Source: Paraphysomonas bandaiensis (Eukaryota > Protista > Chrysophyceae). Taken from it: DNA of 64,000 nucleotides. The notes beneath the pieces were generated by a model, which was not told the DNA's origin, searched no databases, and was given only the letters and a program-made list of their open reading frames with translations. Within the stretch, counting starts at the first letter, position 1. Every line of letters begins with the position of its first letter. The position numbers were made by a program, and so were the translations under genes. Where the stretch lies: positions 183,943 to 247,942 of the forward strand of contig CBFFRP010000077.1 in NCBI GenBank assembly GCA_965644295.1, written 5' to 3'. This document shows, one piece after another, positions 61,606-64,000 of the stretch.

Positions 61606-63348
61606 ATGTCAATTTATACAAAGCCCAAAACAAGCAATAATGCCATTTTCAATGCAGAAAATCATAAACAGATTGAAACAGCAAGAGTAATATTAAATAT
61701 GGCGGAATATGCAAGATTAGACAATGCTAAATTTACAGCGAATGTTGAAATCTTGAATGGTAATAACTTAACCATAAACAATGAACCCCAAACAGTTGCT
61801 TTCACAGATTCAAAAAATAATATGTTATTAGATATAAACACAAGATTATTAAACCTGACTGAAAATGAAATACAAACATTAGACGGTATAAATACCAATG
61901 AAACTATACAATCACAATTAGATACATTGACAGCAAGTTTTAATGGTCTTGATGCTCTCCAAGATATAGACTTAATTAATATACCGAATTTACAAACGGA
62001 TGTAACAAACTTGCAAACTCAAGATGTTATACTTCAAAATAATATAAATGCTAAACATGATATAATCGATCTGAATAATAAGTTAGATTCTGGATTAGTT
62101 TATGACTCTACATTTACTGACACAATTGATAATATTATTTCTAGTTTGAATGCTCAAATAACAAGCAATGACACAGATATAACAAACTTACAAAGTGACA
62201 AACACGATTTAATAGATGTAAATAACAAGTTGGATTCTGGATTAGTTTATGACTCAACAGAATTAAACACAATGGATAATATTATTTCTAGTTTGAAAAA
62301 TCAAATAATAAGCAATGACACAGACATAACAAACTTACAAAGTGACAAACATGATTTAATAGATGTAAATAATAAGTTGGATTCTTCATTAGTATATGAC
62401 TCAACAGAATTAAATACAATAGATAATATAATAGTAAATTTACAAGGTCAAATAACAAGCAATGACACAGATATAACAAACTTACAAAGTGATAAACATG
62501 ATATAATCGATGTAAATAACAAGTTGGATTCTTCATTAGTGTATGATTCAACAGAATTAAACACAATGGATAATATTATTTCTAGTTTGAAGACTCAAAT
62601 AACAGGTAATGATACAGACATAACAAACTTACAAAGTGACAAACATGATTTAATAGATGTAAATAACAGGTTAGATTCTTCATTGGTATATGACTCAACA
62701 GAATTAAATACAATGGATAATATTATTTCTAGTTTGAAGACTCAAATAACAGGTAATGATACAGACATAACAAACTTACAAAGTGACAAACATGATATAA
62801 TCGATGTAAACAATAAATTGGATTCTTCTTTAGTTTATGACTCTACATTTACTGATACAATTGATAACTTGCTAAGTACAATAGACGGCAATATTACAAC
62901 ACTTGAAAATACAAAATTGAATTTAACAGGCGGAACAATGACAGGAAATATAACAACTAAACAAATAAGCGAATCCATCAGCACAACATATACGTTTTCT
63001 TCAAATGTGTTGACATATAATTATAGCAATGGTTCAATCATATATTTCAATGGTTTAATAAGTGATACAAATTTTGAACTTGATATAACGAATATTAATT
63101 CAAGTAACTTAACAAATACAAGTTTTACAGTTTCTGTTTTAATAGACACTTCAACATATAAGGCATATATAAACACTTTAAAAGTTAATACAGTTTCAGA
63201 AACGTTGAATGTATCAGGAGGACTCGCAAATATTAATGTAGACGATGTGACAACATCAGGAGCAATATTACAAACAATAACAATAATATATACTAATTCA
63301 GGAACATCACCAACGAAAGTAATATCAAATGTAGGTTCATATTATTAA
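61606..63348 (+). CDS. Virion fibre-like protein with ~5.5 x 49-aa repeats
   Basis: N-terminal MSIYTKP...IFN; 147-bp repeats from 62053; KLNLTGGTMTG tail-fibre motif; beta-rich C-terminal head. Confidence 0.7.
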   Translation: MSIYTKPKTSNNAIFNAENHKQIETARVILNMAEYARLDNAKFTANVEILNGNNLTINNEPQTVAFTDSKNNMLLDINTRLLNLTENEIQTLDGINTNETIQSQLDTLTASFNGLDALQDIDLINIPNLQTDVTNLQTQDVILQNNINAKHDIIDLNNKLDSGLVYDSTFTDTIDNIISSLNAQITSNDTDITNLQSDKHDLIDVNNKLDSGLVYDSTELNTMDNIISSLKNQIISNDTDITNLQSDKHDLIDVNNKLDSSLVYDSTELNTIDNIIVNLQGQITSNDTDITNLQSDKHDIIDVNNKLDSSLVYDSTELNTMDNIISSLKTQITGNDTDITNLQSDKHDLIDVNNRLDSSLVYDSTELNTMDNIISSLKTQITGNDTDITNLQSDKHDIIDVNNKLDSSLVYDSTFTDTIDNLLSTIDGNITTLENTKLNLTGGTMTGNITTKQISESISTTYTFSSNVLTYNYSNGSIIYFNGLISDTNFELDITNINSSNLTNTSFTVSVLIDTSTYKAYINTLKVNTVSETLNVSGGLANINVDDVTTSGAILQTITIIYTNSGTSPTKVISNVGSYY

Positions 63349-63402
63349 AAATTAATTTAAAGAAATGAAAATATTAAAGAGTAGAAAAGAGTAGAAAAGA
63401 AA

Positions 63403-64000
63403 ATGCCCATTGATTACAGTAAAGGTAAAATTTATAAAATTGTTAACTCTGATGAGTCATTAGTTTACTACGGCTCTACGTGTGAACCAACACTAGCAAA
63501 ACGATTGGCAAAACATGTGAGTGATTACAAACAATATCAAAAAAACAAAAAATATACATCTTCTTTTGACATTATCAAAACAGGAGACTATAAAATATCA
63601 CTCGTAGAAAACTATCCATGTTTAACAAGAGACGAATTACATTCAAGGGAAGGATTTTATATAAAAAACAATAAATGTATTAACAAGTTAATTGCAGGAC
63701 GAACACAAAAACAATATCATGATGACAACCGAGAATTACTTATTGAATATAAAAAGAAATATTATGAAGATAATAAAGATAGACTCAATTTATTAAAACA
63801 AGAGTATTATGACAAAAATAAAATTAAAGTAAAAAATTACGCTAAACAGTGGAGGAAAGATAATAAAGATATTTTGAAACAAAAAAAACGTGCATATTAC
63901 GAAAAACATAAAGCAGAGATATATGAATGTGTATGTGGTTCAAGATGTTTAAAAAGTACAAAATCAAGACATCTTAAAACAAAAAAACACATGGATTATA
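63403..64000 (+). CDS. GIY-YIG endonuclease with C-terminal C2H2-like zinc finger (runs off the window; absent from the ORF track)
   Basis: MPIDYSKGKIYKI...VYYGSTCEPTLAKRLAKH...LVENYPC...ELHSREGFYI...CINK; tail CVCGS...RHLKTKKH. Confidence 0.92.
   Translation, partial: MPIDYSKGKIYKIVNSDESLVYYGSTCEPTLAKRLAKHVSDYKQYQKNKKYTSSFDIIKTGDYKISLVENYPCLTRDELHSREGFYIKNNKCINKLIAGRTQKQYHDDNRELLIEYKKKYYEDNKDRLNLLKQEYYDKNKIKVKNYAKQWRKDNKDILKQKKRAYYEKHKAEIYECVCGSRCLKSTKSRHLKTKKHMDY

Larger units (their letters stand above)
61050..64000 (+). mobile_element. Left part of an endogenous Polinton-like virus/virophage-type element (left boundary uncertain, ~60.8-61.2 kb; continues past the window)
   Basis: Abrupt shift to very AT-rich, intronless, tightly packed genes; hairpin/repeat-rich leader; fibre-like protein and viral-type GIY-YIG; capsid, ATPase and integrase genes not in the window. 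Confidence 0.7.

Overview
Gene-dense eukaryotic DNA with many short (~50-70 nt) GT-AG introns. The gene content and style suggest a protist, possibly a stramenopile such as a chrysophyte (inference). About 19 host genes are recognisable, including CDKAL1, PEX10, a proline iminopeptidase, an ELAV-like RRM protein, a p31comet-like protein, a PPDK N-terminal-only protein, PH-RasGAP, WW-HET/TIR-like-TPR, a full-size ABCG, importin-7/8, PTEN-C2, a DDHD lipase and RPL10. Three mobile systems stand out. (1) A young 5.1-kb LTR element (43140-48231) has identical 275-bp TG...CA LTRs, a TCACG target-site duplication and a PPT, but no gag/pol. It carries cargo instead: a CCCH-zinc-finger membrane ORF, an unspliced host H6PD/G6PD fragment, and a block of Polinton-like-virus/virophage-type genes (adenain protease, discoidin protein, ~185-bp tandem repeats). 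(2) A short retroposon family (4 copies, 3 with TSDs) has a 5' end that folds like an L1Tc/ingi-type HDV-like ribozyme and a 3' end shared with a decayed LINE at 21-22 kb. (3) The left end of an AT-rich endogenous Polinton-like virus/virophage (fibre-like repeat protein, GIY-YIG nuclease) runs off the window. All calls come from reading the sequence and recalling motifs; no searches were run, and exon boundaries are approximate.
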